A DNA stretch of 64,000 bases from Alphaproteobacteria bacterium (lineage in GTDB: Bacteria > Pseudomonadota > Alphaproteobacteria > SP197). Position 1 is the stretch's first letter. Each line of letters begins with the position of its first letter. Below are positions 30,393 to 39,726 of the stretch, one piece after another. Location: assembly GCA_964291415.2 (NCBI GenBank), contig OZ219917.1, forward strand, positions 224,001 through 288,000, given 5' to 3'. The notes under the pieces were generated by a model. That model made no database searches. It was not told where the DNA came from and worked only from the letters and a program-made list of their open reading frames with translations. Made by a program: the position numbers and the translations under genes.

Positions 30393-31496
30393 TCAAGCGA
30401 AGGTCCGTATCGGATCACCCAGGATTGACATGTCCGGCTCGACGCCCAGGCCCGGTTTCTCGTTGGGTTCGAGAAAGCCGTCGACCACCTCGGGCGCCTC
30501 GTCGTCGTAGCGCATGTTGGAGAAGTAGGAGGAGACGTAGGTCGCGGCGAAGGTCGCGTCCGGTGTCGAGACCGCCATGTGCGCCTGCGCCGCCGCGGAG
30601 AGATCCGCCCCCCAGGCATCGTCCACGGTCATGAACTTGCCCGCCGCGGTGCACACATCGCGGATGAGGCGCATGCCCGTGATGCCGCCGACCCGGGTGA
30701 TCTTGCAACCGATGCCCTCGAAGCAGTTGTCGGCAAGCCCCTGCAGCAGCACATGGATGTCCGCCATGCACTCGTCGAGGATCATGGGCTGGCGCACCTG
30801 ATGGCGAATGGAGAGGCATTCGGCATAGGTGAGGCACGGCTGCTCGATGTAGAAGTCGACGTCCTCGGTCAGCCGGAGGACGCGCAGCGCCTCGTGGGTC
30901 TTCCAGGCCTTGTTGGCGTCCACCACCAGGGTTTCGCCTGGCTGGATGACGGCACCCGCCATGCGTATGCGCGCGATGTCCTGTTCGAAGCTGCTGCCGC
31001 GCCCCGCCTTGACCTGGAAGTGGGTGAAGCCCTCGGCGCGGTACTGCGAGATGCGCTGTTTCACGATCTCGGGCGGACCCATCTCGATCTCCGGATAGGC
31101 GCGGGCCTTCTCCTGCATGCGCCCGCCGATCAGATGGTAGAGAGGCCGGCCGTAGGCCTTGCCGACAATGTCCCAGCAGGCAATGTCGATGGCCGACTTC
31201 GCATAATCGCCGCCCATCAGCCACCGGTTCATCGTGGCATTGATGCGATCCGTCTGGGTCGGATCCTCTCCGATCAGCCCCGGCGCCATCTCCTCGATCG
31301 CCGCACGCACCCCCAGCGCATGTTCGGGCTGGTAGGTCGAGGCAATCGGGCAGACCTCGCCCCACCCGACGAGGTCTGAGTCCGTTTCCAGCCTTACGAT
31401 GGTGTCGTCCAGGGAGTCGTATGTCCTGTTGGGATAGCGCTTGGGCTTCTCGAGCGGAATGTCGAGCTGAAACACGTCAATTCGCGAGATCTTCAT
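30393..31496 (-). CDS. mandelate racemase/MLE enolase-superfamily enzyme, HpbD (hydroxyproline betaine epimerase)-like
   Basis: GWGEVCP, QVK, VDAN, IEQP, ILDE, CKITRVGG, VDDAWG. Confidence 0.88.
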   Translation of the reverse strand: MKISRIDVFQLDIPLEKPKRYPNRTYDSLDDTIVRLETDSDLVGWGEVCPIASTYQPEHALGVRAAIEEMAPGLIGEDPTQTDRINATMNRWLMGGDYAKSAIDIACWDIVGKAYGRPLYHLIGGRMQEKARAYPEIEMGPPEIVKQRISQYRAEGFTHFQVKAGRGSSFEQDIARIRMAGAVIQPGETLVVDANKAWKTHEALRVLRLTEDVDFYIEQPCLTYAECLSIRHQVRQPMILDECMADIHVLLQGLADNCFEGIGCKITRVGGITGMRLIRDVCTAAGKFMTVDDAWGADLSAAAQAHMAVSTPDATFAATYVSSYFSNMRYDDEAPEVVDGFLEPNEKPGLGVEPDMSILGDPIRTFA

Positions 31497-31721
31497 CTGA
31501 CGCCTCCGTCATGCGGTCCGGACGAGCCCTGCGGCTGGTGCGCTTCCGGTTTCGCTGGCGCACCGCCGCAGGTTGGCACACACTCCTGACAAGAGCCATG
31601 GAAGGACCCGGCCCCGAGAGGGGTCCGTTCAACAACGGCGGGTATCTGTTCAACGCGGTCCATCCGCATTCCGACATCATCCGAGTGAGCAATCGGCGCC
31701 AGGCGAACAGAGGGACGCTCC

Positions 31722-32816
31722 ATGAAAATCAGGCGGATCAGCGTCCATCAGGTGGATGTTCCCATCAAGCCCGCGACCATCTCCCACGACCGGGTGATGT
31801 CGGTGTTCGACGAGACCATCGTGCGCATCGAGACCGATGCCGGCATCGACGGCTGGGGTGACAGCGTGCCGTGGGGTTCGAACTTCGTTGCCGCCTTTGC
31901 CCGCGGCGTGCGTGCCGGTCTCGACGAGCTTGGCCCGCTGCTCATCGGCCGCGACCCGAGAATGGTGACGGCGATCGGAGAACTGATGGACTCGGCGATG
32001 ACAGGCCAACCCTATGTGAAGACGGCGTTGGATGTCGCGTGCTGGGATATCCTGGGACGATCGCTCGACACGCCGCTCTACATGCTCCTGGGGGGCATGG
32101 TGACGCCGCGGCCGGAAGTGGTCGGCTCCGTACCGCCACGGCCGGGCGAGGAGCTGGAGGCGATGATGGCCGCGTTGCGGGCGGACGGCATTGCGCAGTT
32201 CTCGGGCAAGACCAGTGGAGACGTCGCCGAAGACATTGCCTATCTGCGATGGATGGGCGAGCGCATGCTCCCCGGCGAATCTCTGAAATACGACGGCAAC
32301 GGCGGATGGCGCGTCGATGAGGCGATCCGCGTCGCCAGGGCCATGGGCGACATCGACGTGTACTTCGAGCAACCCTGCGCGACCTACGAGGAGTGCCGCG
32401 ACGTGCGCCGCACGACCGGAGTGCCGCTCATCCTGGATGAATCGGCGACGAACGTCGGCGTCGTCCTGCGCGCGAAAGAGGACGGCGTTCTTGACGGGCT
32501 GAACGTCAAGCTCGCGAGGGTCGGCGGCATCTCGAAGATGCGCCTCATTCGTGACCTCTGCGTCGCGCTGCATGTTCCGATGGAAATCCAGGACTCATCC
32601 TACAGCGACCTTGCCTGCGCGGTGGTTGCCCATATGGGCCACTCGACGCCGGAACGCTGCATCCGTTCGGTCATCTATCCGAAGGGCCTGAAGAGAGCGA
32701 CGGTGACGAACCCTCCGAGCGTCGTGGGCGGACGGATGACCGCGCCAGACGGGCCAGGTATCGGCGCGATTCCCATGCTGGACGTTATTGGAGATCCGAT
32801 CGCTGTCTACGAATGA
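31722..32816 (+). CDS. mandelate racemase/MLE enolase-superfamily enzyme, second paralogue
   Basis: GWGDSVPWG, SGK, YDGN, FEQP, ILDE, NVKLARVGG. Confidence 0.88.
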   Translation: MKIRRISVHQVDVPIKPATISHDRVMSVFDETIVRIETDAGIDGWGDSVPWGSNFVAAFARGVRAGLDELGPLLIGRDPRMVTAIGELMDSAMTGQPYVKTALDVACWDILGRSLDTPLYMLLGGMVTPRPEVVGSVPPRPGEELEAMMAALRADGIAQFSGKTSGDVAEDIAYLRWMGERMLPGESLKYDGNGGWRVDEAIRVARAMGDIDVYFEQPCATYEECRDVRRTTGVPLILDESATNVGVVLRAKEDGVLDGLNVKLARVGGISKMRLIRDLCVALHVPMEIQDSSYSDLACAVVAHMGHSTPERCIRSVIYPKGLKRATVTNPPSVVGGRMTAPDGPGIGAIPMLDVIGDPIAVYE

Positions 32817-33200
32817 CGGAATCAATGCCATCCATGGTGCGCGAGCGTGCAGGCGGCGAACTCGTGCGACTCAGGTGTCGAGATCAGTCCCGGTAGCCGG
32901 CACGTCGCCAGTCAGCAACCGGTCACCGTCAACGGTGGATGAGCTGGTTTCCCGCCCAGCTCCGGCACGACTCCCGTGACGGGCCTGCGCGAAGCACCGG
33001 CAGTCATCTACCGCGCACTGATCGACCAACGCTTGAACTGCGGGCGGCGGGCGAAAGTTCCTTGCATGCCCGTCCCACGACGTTCGACACGTCACTGACA
33101 AGCAGGGCCATGACACCGGAGAGATACCGCCATCCTCTGCGCACCCCTTGTCGCGGGGGACGCATGGTCGGAGCTGAGGTCGCAAGGGCGGCCGTTTCGG

Positions 33201-34220
33201 TCACGGCCTGACCACGACGTGCTCGAAGGGCGAAACGCCGCGGGCGGCGTGATCGACCGCCGCGCCGACATCGTCGAGGCCGTAGGCGTGAACCCGGAAC
33301 CGGTCAACGGGCAGCCGGCCTTCGGCGATCATGCGGACAAGCGATGCGGGCGCGTCTCTCGAAAACCACAACGACCCCCGGAACGCGAGTTCCCTGGTCA
33401 CGAAACTCGACGCCGGCACGGTCGGATTGTCGGACGCCACCGAGACGATGGAGCCTCCCCTGTTCAAGACGGCGACTGCCTGGTTGATCCACGCCGGATC
33501 GCCAATGTCGACGGTGTTCAGGACCATGTCGATACCATCGGGAAACTCCGTCGATATCTCGACCCGGTCGTCCAATCCGTCAAACGCGGCCAGTCGCTCC
33601 GGCGACCTGGCGACGGCACAGACGCGTCCGGCGCCCATGGCCAGAGCAACGACGACGGCACTGACACCGACCAGCCCCGTCGCGCCATGGATGGCAACGC
33701 TGGAGCCCTCCGAGAGCCCCCCGTGCACGAACCCTCCGTAAGCCGTTCCGAACCATCCGAGCCGACACAACACGTCGGCCGACGTCACGGACAACGCTGG
33801 TTCGACGGCAGTCAGACACTCGGCCGGCAGGACGATATGCGTCGCAAGAGCGCCGTCACGCCAGCGGTCCAGGATCTCGCCAGCTCCGCCCGAAATGTCG
33901 AAACATCCTGCGAAGGCGTATTCGGTTCGTCCCGTCGGGGACGTTGCCTCGATGTAGCTGTCACAAAACACGCGGTCACCGACAGCGATGCCCGTCACCC
34001 CGCCGCCGACCGCTACGATCGATCCGACACAGTCCATTCCCGGCGTGAACGGCCGGCGCGGCGTGGCGAAACCGCCGCTACCGTCGATCAGCGTTCCCAT
34101 GTACGGGGACATGAAGACCGCCTCGACCGCGACGACCGCACAGCCTTCCGGCGCACTCGGATCGTCCAGGTCCTCGACGACCAGGGATTCAGCATTCTCG
34201 TAGAGCCGCGCAGCGCGCAT
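33201..34220 (-). CDS. MDR-family (alcohol dehydrogenase-like) oxidoreductase
   Basis: GroES-like N-terminus PFTPG..VG.IVAVG..VGDRV and Rossmann GATGLVG. Confidence 0.85.
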   Translation of the reverse strand: MRAARLYENAESLVVEDLDDPSAPEGCAVVAVEAVFMSPYMGTLIDGSGGFATPRRPFTPGMDCVGSIVAVGGGVTGIAVGDRVFCDSYIEATSPTGRTEYAFAGCFDISGGAGEILDRWRDGALATHIVLPAECLTAVEPALSVTSADVLCRLGWFGTAYGGFVHGGLSEGSSVAIHGATGLVGVSAVVVALAMGAGRVCAVARSPERLAAFDGLDDRVEISTEFPDGIDMVLNTVDIGDPAWINQAVAVLNRGGSIVSVASDNPTVPASSFVTRELAFRGSLWFSRDAPASLVRMIAEGRLPVDRFRVHAYGLDDVGAAVDHAARGVSPFEHVVVRP

Positions 34221-34528
34221 GGCGTTCACCTCCATTTGGTCCGGGCAATGTATCTGACCTGATTTTCCCAGAAAGAGTGTCCTCTCGAATGCTCATGCTC
34301 TTCAAGGCGACAAGTACAGTCGACCACTCGTCACTGCCCGGCGAGGTGATTGCGCCGTCGAGACCGCCGAATGTGACGTTCCGCGAGGGTGACGCGGTGC
34401 GTCTGATGCCCGTTCGCGCCCACTCCGCCGCCTGGCGTAGGCAACATTCGATCCGAACGGCATGGACCTGACGGACCGTCTGTCCGATGATGGCGGTGCA
34501 GACGCACGGAACCGCGAAGGGGTCCGAC

Positions 34529-35437
34529 ATGGAACTGCAACATCTTGCCGCCGACGCGCCGGTCGCCGACATCGTGACCGCCATCCGCGGGGACGGCGGC
34601 GCGATCGTCGAGGATTTCGTGGCCGGAGAGATCTGTGACCGCGTGCTCGCCGACCTGCGCGAGCCTTTCGACGCGGTCGGTCGGTCCACCGAAAACGACT
34701 TCAACGGCTACACCACGCTTCGGGTGAACTCGGTGCTCGATGTGTCCGGGGCGTCCGTTGAGATCGTCGGCCACCGGCCCATGATGGCGGTGCTGGACGA
34801 AATCCTACTCCCCCACTGCCAGGAGTACCTGGTGGGAAGCTGCACCGCGATCGAGATCCATCCGGGCGAAACGGACCAGGTTCTTCACCGCGACGACGGA
34901 ATGTATCCGCTGCGCATTCCCGGCATGGAGATGCAGGTCTCGGTGATGTGGGCGCTCGACGACTTCACCATCGAGAACGGCGCCACCCGGATCGTGCCGG
35001 GCAGCCATCTTTGGGTCACTCCGCGCGAGCCAGGCGCGGATGACGTTGTCGTCCAGGCTCCGATGCGCAAGGGATCGGCCCTGTTCTACCTGGGTTCCGT
35101 CTTCCACGGCGGAGGCGCCAACACGGCAAACGCGCCGCGTGCGGGTCTGATCAACACCTACTGTCTGGGCTGGCTGCGCCAGGAGGTGAACCACTACCTC
35201 TCCGTTCCCCGCAACATTGCCGCCAGACTGCCCGAACATGTCCAGCGGCTCCTGGGATACGGGGTCTACGGCGGCGGCCTTGGCTACTATCCTCTCGATT
35301 TGGGCATGGTGCCGCCACAGGACATGAAGGGCGCTGCGATGTGGGACTGGCAGCGTGACACGGAACCGGACAGCTCCGTTTGTTGCCAACCGCGTGGGCA
35401 ACAGGAAAAGACTGTCCGCCAGTCTACCGGGACTTGA
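34529..35437 (+). CDS. phytanoyl-CoA dioxygenase (PhyH) family protein
   Basis: QVLHRDD, WALDDFTIENGATRIVPGSH, FHGGGAN, R. Confidence 0.92.
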   Translation: MELQHLAADAPVADIVTAIRGDGGAIVEDFVAGEICDRVLADLREPFDAVGRSTENDFNGYTTLRVNSVLDVSGASVEIVGHRPMMAVLDEILLPHCQEYLVGSCTAIEIHPGETDQVLHRDDGMYPLRIPGMEMQVSVMWALDDFTIENGATRIVPGSHLWVTPREPGADDVVVQAPMRKGSALFYLGSVFHGGGANTANAPRAGLINTYCLGWLRQEVNHYLSVPRNIAARLPEHVQRLLGYGVYGGGLGYYPLDLGMVPPQDMKGAAMWDWQRDTEPDSSVCCQPRGQQEKTVRQSTGT

Positions 35438-35446
35438 AGCTGACAC

Positions 35447-36406
35447 ATGACAGGTCCTTGGTGTTCCGGGGCTGACGACCGGCCGGGCGTGGGCGGACTT
35501 GTCCTGCCCGAGCCCCTGGCAACTCTCGACCTCGTGATGGACGACGGCGCGGCGATCAGGGTCGTGCGCCACGGCAATCCCGCCGGGATGCGCGTCGTTC
35601 TGAGCCACGGCAACGGCTTCGCGAGTGATTCCTACTTCCCGTTCTGGCAACACATGCTGGAGCGGTTCGATATCGCTCTCTTCGATGTCCGCAACTGCGG
35701 ACGCAATCCCTTCCACGCGGCAGAGCCGCACCACTATCCCCGCTTCGCCCACGACAACGTGGCGGTGCATGGCGCGATCGCCGAAGAATGGGGCGAGAAG
35801 ACGACCGTCGGAGTCTTCCATTCCATGACGGCGATCGCGGCCCTTCTGGCCGTCGTCGATGGAATCTGGCACTGGGATGCCCTCGTGCTGTTCGACCCGC
35901 CGATGGTCCCGCCTGAGGGCAATCCGCTCCGCGGACAGCTAATGTCCGACGGAGGGGCGCTGCGTGACGCCGCCCTGATCCGCCAGAACCGGTTCCGGAA
36001 CCCTGAGGACCTTGCCGACGTCTACAGATTCCTCCATCGGTTCCGGCGCCTGCGGAAGGGAGTGCCGGAACTCAACGCACGCTCCGTGCTGCACTTCGAT
36101 CCCGCGAGCGGCGAATGGCTGCTGCGTTGCCCGGGTTTGGTCGAAGCCGGTCTCTACACCGAGGTCGCCGAACTGGATATCTGGCGAAAGCCCGATCCGC
36201 CGGAGCGCCCGCTCCTGATCATCGGTGCCGATCCGGCGCCTGAGGACGCGTCGAAGACCGCGTCCTGCTGCAGGCTCTTCTGCAAAACGTTCGACATCGA
36301 CTACGCCTTCGTGCCGGATACCAGCCACCTCCTGCAACTCGAGGAACCGGAACAGTGCTTCGCCCTGTTCGACCGATACCTCGCCGACAACGGCATCACC
36401 GCATAG
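35447..36406 (+). CDS. alpha/beta fold hydrolase
   Basis: SHGNGF, FDVRNCG, FHSMTA elbow, SHLLQLEEP. Confidence 0.82.
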   Translation: MTGPWCSGADDRPGVGGLVLPEPLATLDLVMDDGAAIRVVRHGNPAGMRVVLSHGNGFASDSYFPFWQHMLERFDIALFDVRNCGRNPFHAAEPHHYPRFAHDNVAVHGAIAEEWGEKTTVGVFHSMTAIAALLAVVDGIWHWDALVLFDPPMVPPEGNPLRGQLMSDGGALRDAALIRQNRFRNPEDLADVYRFLHRFRRLRKGVPELNARSVLHFDPASGEWLLRCPGLVEAGLYTEVAELDIWRKPDPPERPLLIIGADPAPEDASKTASCCRLFCKTFDIDYAFVPDTSHLLQLEEPEQCFALFDRYLADNGITA

Positions 36407-36564
36407 GGAAGATGCTTGCGAGGGCGTGCCACGAATCTCGGCGATCTCGAGGACCTTCCCGATTCAGGCACGATCGACCGAATCGACACGAGATGCCGTT
36501 CGCAAGGCGCGACACAGGCCAGGTCACACAGCCTGGCACCGTGCCAGTTGCTGCGCGAGCCCGG

Positions 36565-36783
36565 TCAGAATCTCCTGAAGTTCCCGGGCAACGCCGCCGC
36601 GCCATGACAGAGACTCAATGCCGTGCCTCCCTGGAACACCAGATCTTCGAGAAACCCACCCAACTCCAGTGCAAAGAGAATATCGTCGTGGAGGATATCC
36701 TTCTCGATAACCAGTTGCGTGCCATTCAGCCGGGGATCTTCCATGGCCCGGTCAACGAGGTATGTCGGATGATCTTGCGCTAT
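36565..36783 (-). pseudogene. abiEii: degenerate AbiEii toxin fragment
   Basis: Manual translation: IAQDHPTYLVDRAMEDP..VIEKDILHDDILFAL..LVFQGGTALSLCHG.., stop after 72 codons. Start position reads ATA overlapping the antitoxin stop. Confidence 0.8.
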
Positions 36784-37361
36784 GTCGGCGTGACCCTTGC
36801 CGCCGCTTCGGCCTGCTCCTCCAGAATGTCCTCGTAGTATTCCAGGTTCACCATGTCGAGATTGCGTCCGACCCGACGAAGGTCGCGCAGCGCCGTCTCC
36901 ACCCTGGCAATGCGCAGGGGCCGCTTCTCCATGATGATGGTGTTGTCCAGGATATCGGCCGCAGAACGCTTGGTATGGGTGAACTCGATGACGCCATAGG
37001 GCGTCCGGATGATCGCGCTGCGTCCCGTGGTCATGATGGTAATCCGGCTCATCGGGATCTGCGAAATCACACCGTATTCCGAGAGAGCGGATTCCAGACT
37101 GACGTAGCTGTATTCACCGCGCCGCAGGCACACCGCGATCTTCTCGATCAGGTACCGCTTTGACGATCTCGAAAGAAGATTGACATAGACGCCGCGCGCT
37201 GCGTGCTCGAGGAATCCCTGTTTCACGAGACGCCTGAGTCCTTCGGCAAATGTCTTGGGTGACCGCTCCGGAAACATCTTCCTGAGATCTGTCACTGAAA
37301 AGACGGACCTCTCTTTCCGGTCCCAGTCCCAGAGCACTTTGATCGCGTCCACGGTTTTCAC
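36780..37361 (-). CDS. abiEi: type IV TA antitoxin, AbiEi family
   Basis: LRRLVKQG.LEHAARGVY, SYVSLESALSEYGVISQIP, TALRDL. Confidence 0.88.
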   Translation of the reverse strand: MKTVDAIKVLWDWDRKERSVFSVTDLRKMFPERSPKTFAEGLRRLVKQGFLEHAARGVYVNLLSRSSKRYLIEKIAVCLRRGEYSYVSLESALSEYGVISQIPMSRITIMTTGRSAIIRTPYGVIEFTHTKRSAADILDNTIIMEKRPLRIARVETALRDLRRVGRNLDMVNLEYYEDILEEQAEAAARVTPT

Positions 37362-37687
37362 AGCAAACTTCCATGGGGATAACTATTAATGCCCAATATA
37401 GTTGGTATTAGTGTGGACTTGAATGATCTTGTATTGCATGCGTTCACTTGGGGGAATCCGGTGGCGCTCTCATGGCCTGGCGCCGGCGGGCTTCAAGTCA
37501 GTTGCGATCGAGGGCTCGCAGCAGGCCACTCTGGCCGTGCGTCGCACTCTCCGGAAGGTTGAATCATCATGACGCCCAGACTGCCCGTCGAAGCCGTGCT
37601 CGCGCGTTCGAGTTCGTCAGCCACCGTCCGGGAAAACCGCCTATCCTTGCCGGCGTAGGGCTACTGGATCTCGCAGGGCGGTGGATT

Positions 37688-38233
37688 CTATCTGACGCCG
37701 AAGGTCATGCGCCGGATGACGTCATGGCCTCCGATCCAGCGGTGCTTGAAGGCCGCCGCGACGTGGCCCACGGCAACCGCCAGCATCCCGTAGGCAAGCC
37801 ACATGTGCACGTCCTCGGCGAGATCCTGGAGCCCCTCCCCGGTCTCGGGGAAGATCATCGGCATCTCGACGCCGAACCACTCTACGGCGTGGCCGCCGAA
37901 GTTCGTCTCCGCCCAGCCGGCCGCGATGACCAGCGCGGGAAGCGCGTAGAGCGCGGCATGGCCGAGATGCGCGGCTCTGCGCTCCACGCCCCGGATCGTC
38001 GCCGGCAAGGGTGGCGGCCGGTGAATCAGGCGGATCGCGATGCGCAGGACGAGGAGCGCAAGCAGCGTCACACCGACCGAGATGTGGAGATCGAACAGGA
38101 ACTCCTCCAGCGGCGAGTCGTCCTCGACCAGCGCCGTCATCGCGTAGCCGCACCCCCACATGAAGACGAAGCCAAGCGCCATGATCCAGTGCATCAGGCG
38201 CGCGGCGAGGTGGTAGCGTTCTTCGATCATCAA
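37688..38233 (-). CDS. cytochrome b561
   Basis: Four TM helices with His ligands: RLMHW, LHISVG, GHAALY, VHMW/GHVAAAFKH. Confidence 0.92.
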   Translation of the reverse strand: MMIEERYHLAARLMHWIMALGFVFMWGCGYAMTALVEDDSPLEEFLFDLHISVGVTLLALLVLRIAIRLIHRPPPLPATIRGVERRAAHLGHAALYALPALVIAAGWAETNFGGHAVEWFGVEMPMIFPETGEGLQDLAEDVHMWLAYGMLAVAVGHVAAAFKHRWIGGHDVIRRMTFGVR

Positions 38234-38335
38234 GATTGCCCTCGCGCGTCACATTGCGGCCTTGCCGCACCGGGTGGCGCATCCCGGCCGGCCGCCTTTT
38301 GGACAGGCGGTGGCCGGGATGCCGACAGGACGGTG

Positions 38336-38821
38336 TCAGTCGTCGTCCCACCATCCGTCATCGTCGTCGTGCCGGCGGTCCCGCAGCGAGAGGCCGCCGT
38401 CGCGGTTGCGATCGAGACGCTCGACGATGCCGGCGAGCGGGCGGTCGTACTCAGCACGGGTGATGATGGCGTCGCCGTCGGTGTCGAGCATCTGGAATGC
38501 GCGCACGGTGAGCGGGCGGGTAGTCTCGTGCCAGAGTGCGGCGAACTCCCCGAGATCGAGGTTGCCATCACCGTTGGCGTCGTGCGCGGCGTGACGGTCG
38601 TCGAGCAGCTTGTCGATCTCTGCCTGTGTGAGCTTGCCGTCACCATCGGCGTCCGCGGCATCGAACATTTCCATCGCCGACACGGCGAACTGCCCCTTGC
38701 CCAGGAAACCCATGCCGTGGCCGTCGCCGCGGTGGCCGGCATAGCTCGCGCCGGCGAGGGCGATGCCGCCGAGGGCCGCGGTGGCAACGATGGCGGTCAG
38801 TATCTTCGTCTTCGCTTTCAT
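38336..38821 (-). CDS. secreted EF-hand domain protein
   Basis: Signal peptide and four EF loops DADGDGKLT, DANGDGNLD, DTDGDAIIT, DRNRDGGLS. Confidence 0.9.
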   Translation of the reverse strand: MKAKTKILTAIVATAALGGIALAGASYAGHRGDGHGMGFLGKGQFAVSAMEMFDAADADGDGKLTQAEIDKLLDDRHAAHDANGDGNLDLGEFAALWHETTRPLTVRAFQMLDTDGDAIITRAEYDRPLAGIVERLDRNRDGGLSLRDRRHDDDDGWWDDD

Positions 38822-39006
38822 CGGTATTCTCCTTCATGGATCAATCCATCGGGTGTCGATGGATGAACGCACCATGGGCACACGGTGTCGCAGAACCTTC
38901 TCCGCGAAGGCCCGGAAGTGTCGCATTCCGTGGCCTGACGGCTTCCTGACACACGCTGTTACAAACTTTTCGTGCGGCATCCGGGAAGGCGCGTAAGCTT
39001 CCCTTC

Positions 39007-39726
39007 ATGGACGCTTCCCCTCACGTACTCGTGGTCGACGACCAGCGGGAGATCCGCGAGCCGCTGGCGCGCTACCTGAAGCGTCACGGGCTGCGCGTGA
39101 CCGCGGCCGGGAACGCCGCGGCGGCACGGCAGGCGCTCAAGGTGGCGGCGGTCGACCTTGTGGTGCTTGACATCATGATGCCGGGCGAGGACGGCCTCGC
39201 GCTGTGCCGCAGCTTGCGCGAGACGACACGCATCCCGGTCATCCTGCTGACCGCCATGGGCGAGGAGACGGACCGCATCGTGGGCCTGGAGGTTGGGGCT
39301 GACGACTATGTCGCCAAGCCGTTCAACCCCCGCGAGCTTCTCGCCCGCATCAGGGCGGTAATCCGCCGGGCGCGGAGCCTGCCGCCCGATCACGAACCCC
39401 TCCCGTTGGGAAGATACCTGTTCGATCGCTGGTCGCTCGACACGGCAAAGCGCGAGCTGGTGGACAACGCAGGGGTGGTCACACCGCTCTCCGCCGGCGA
39501 GTTCCGGCTGCTGGTGGCGCTGCTCGAGCGCCCCGGCATGGTGCTCTCGCGCGATCAGCTTCTCGACCTCACCCGGGGCCGGAGCGCGGCGCCCTTCGAC
39601 CGTGCGGTCGACAACCAGGTGAGCCGACTCCGGCGCAAGATCGAGCGCGATCCGAAGAGCCCGGCGCTGATCGCCACGGTGTGGGGCGGAGGCTACCGGT
39701 TCGCAGGACAGGTGGAGCGCGGATGA
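39007..39726 (+). CDS. OmpR-family response regulator
   Basis: VVDD, LDIMMPG, GADDYVAKPF, wHTH TVWGGGY. Confidence 0.95.
   Translation: MDASPHVLVVDDQREIREPLARYLKRHGLRVTAAGNAAAARQALKVAAVDLVVLDIMMPGEDGLALCRSLRETTRIPVILLTAMGEETDRIVGLEVGADDYVAKPFNPRELLARIRAVIRRARSLPPDHEPLPLGRYLFDRWSLDTAKRELVDNAGVVTPLSAGEFRLLVALLERPGMVLSRDQLLDLTRGRSAAPFDRAVDNQVSRLRRKIERDPKSPALIATVWGGGYRFAGQVERG

Noticed and set aside
33060-33160. GWRYLSGVMAL resembling an IS3 rve motif
   Set aside because: Too short and lacks the catalytic Asp.
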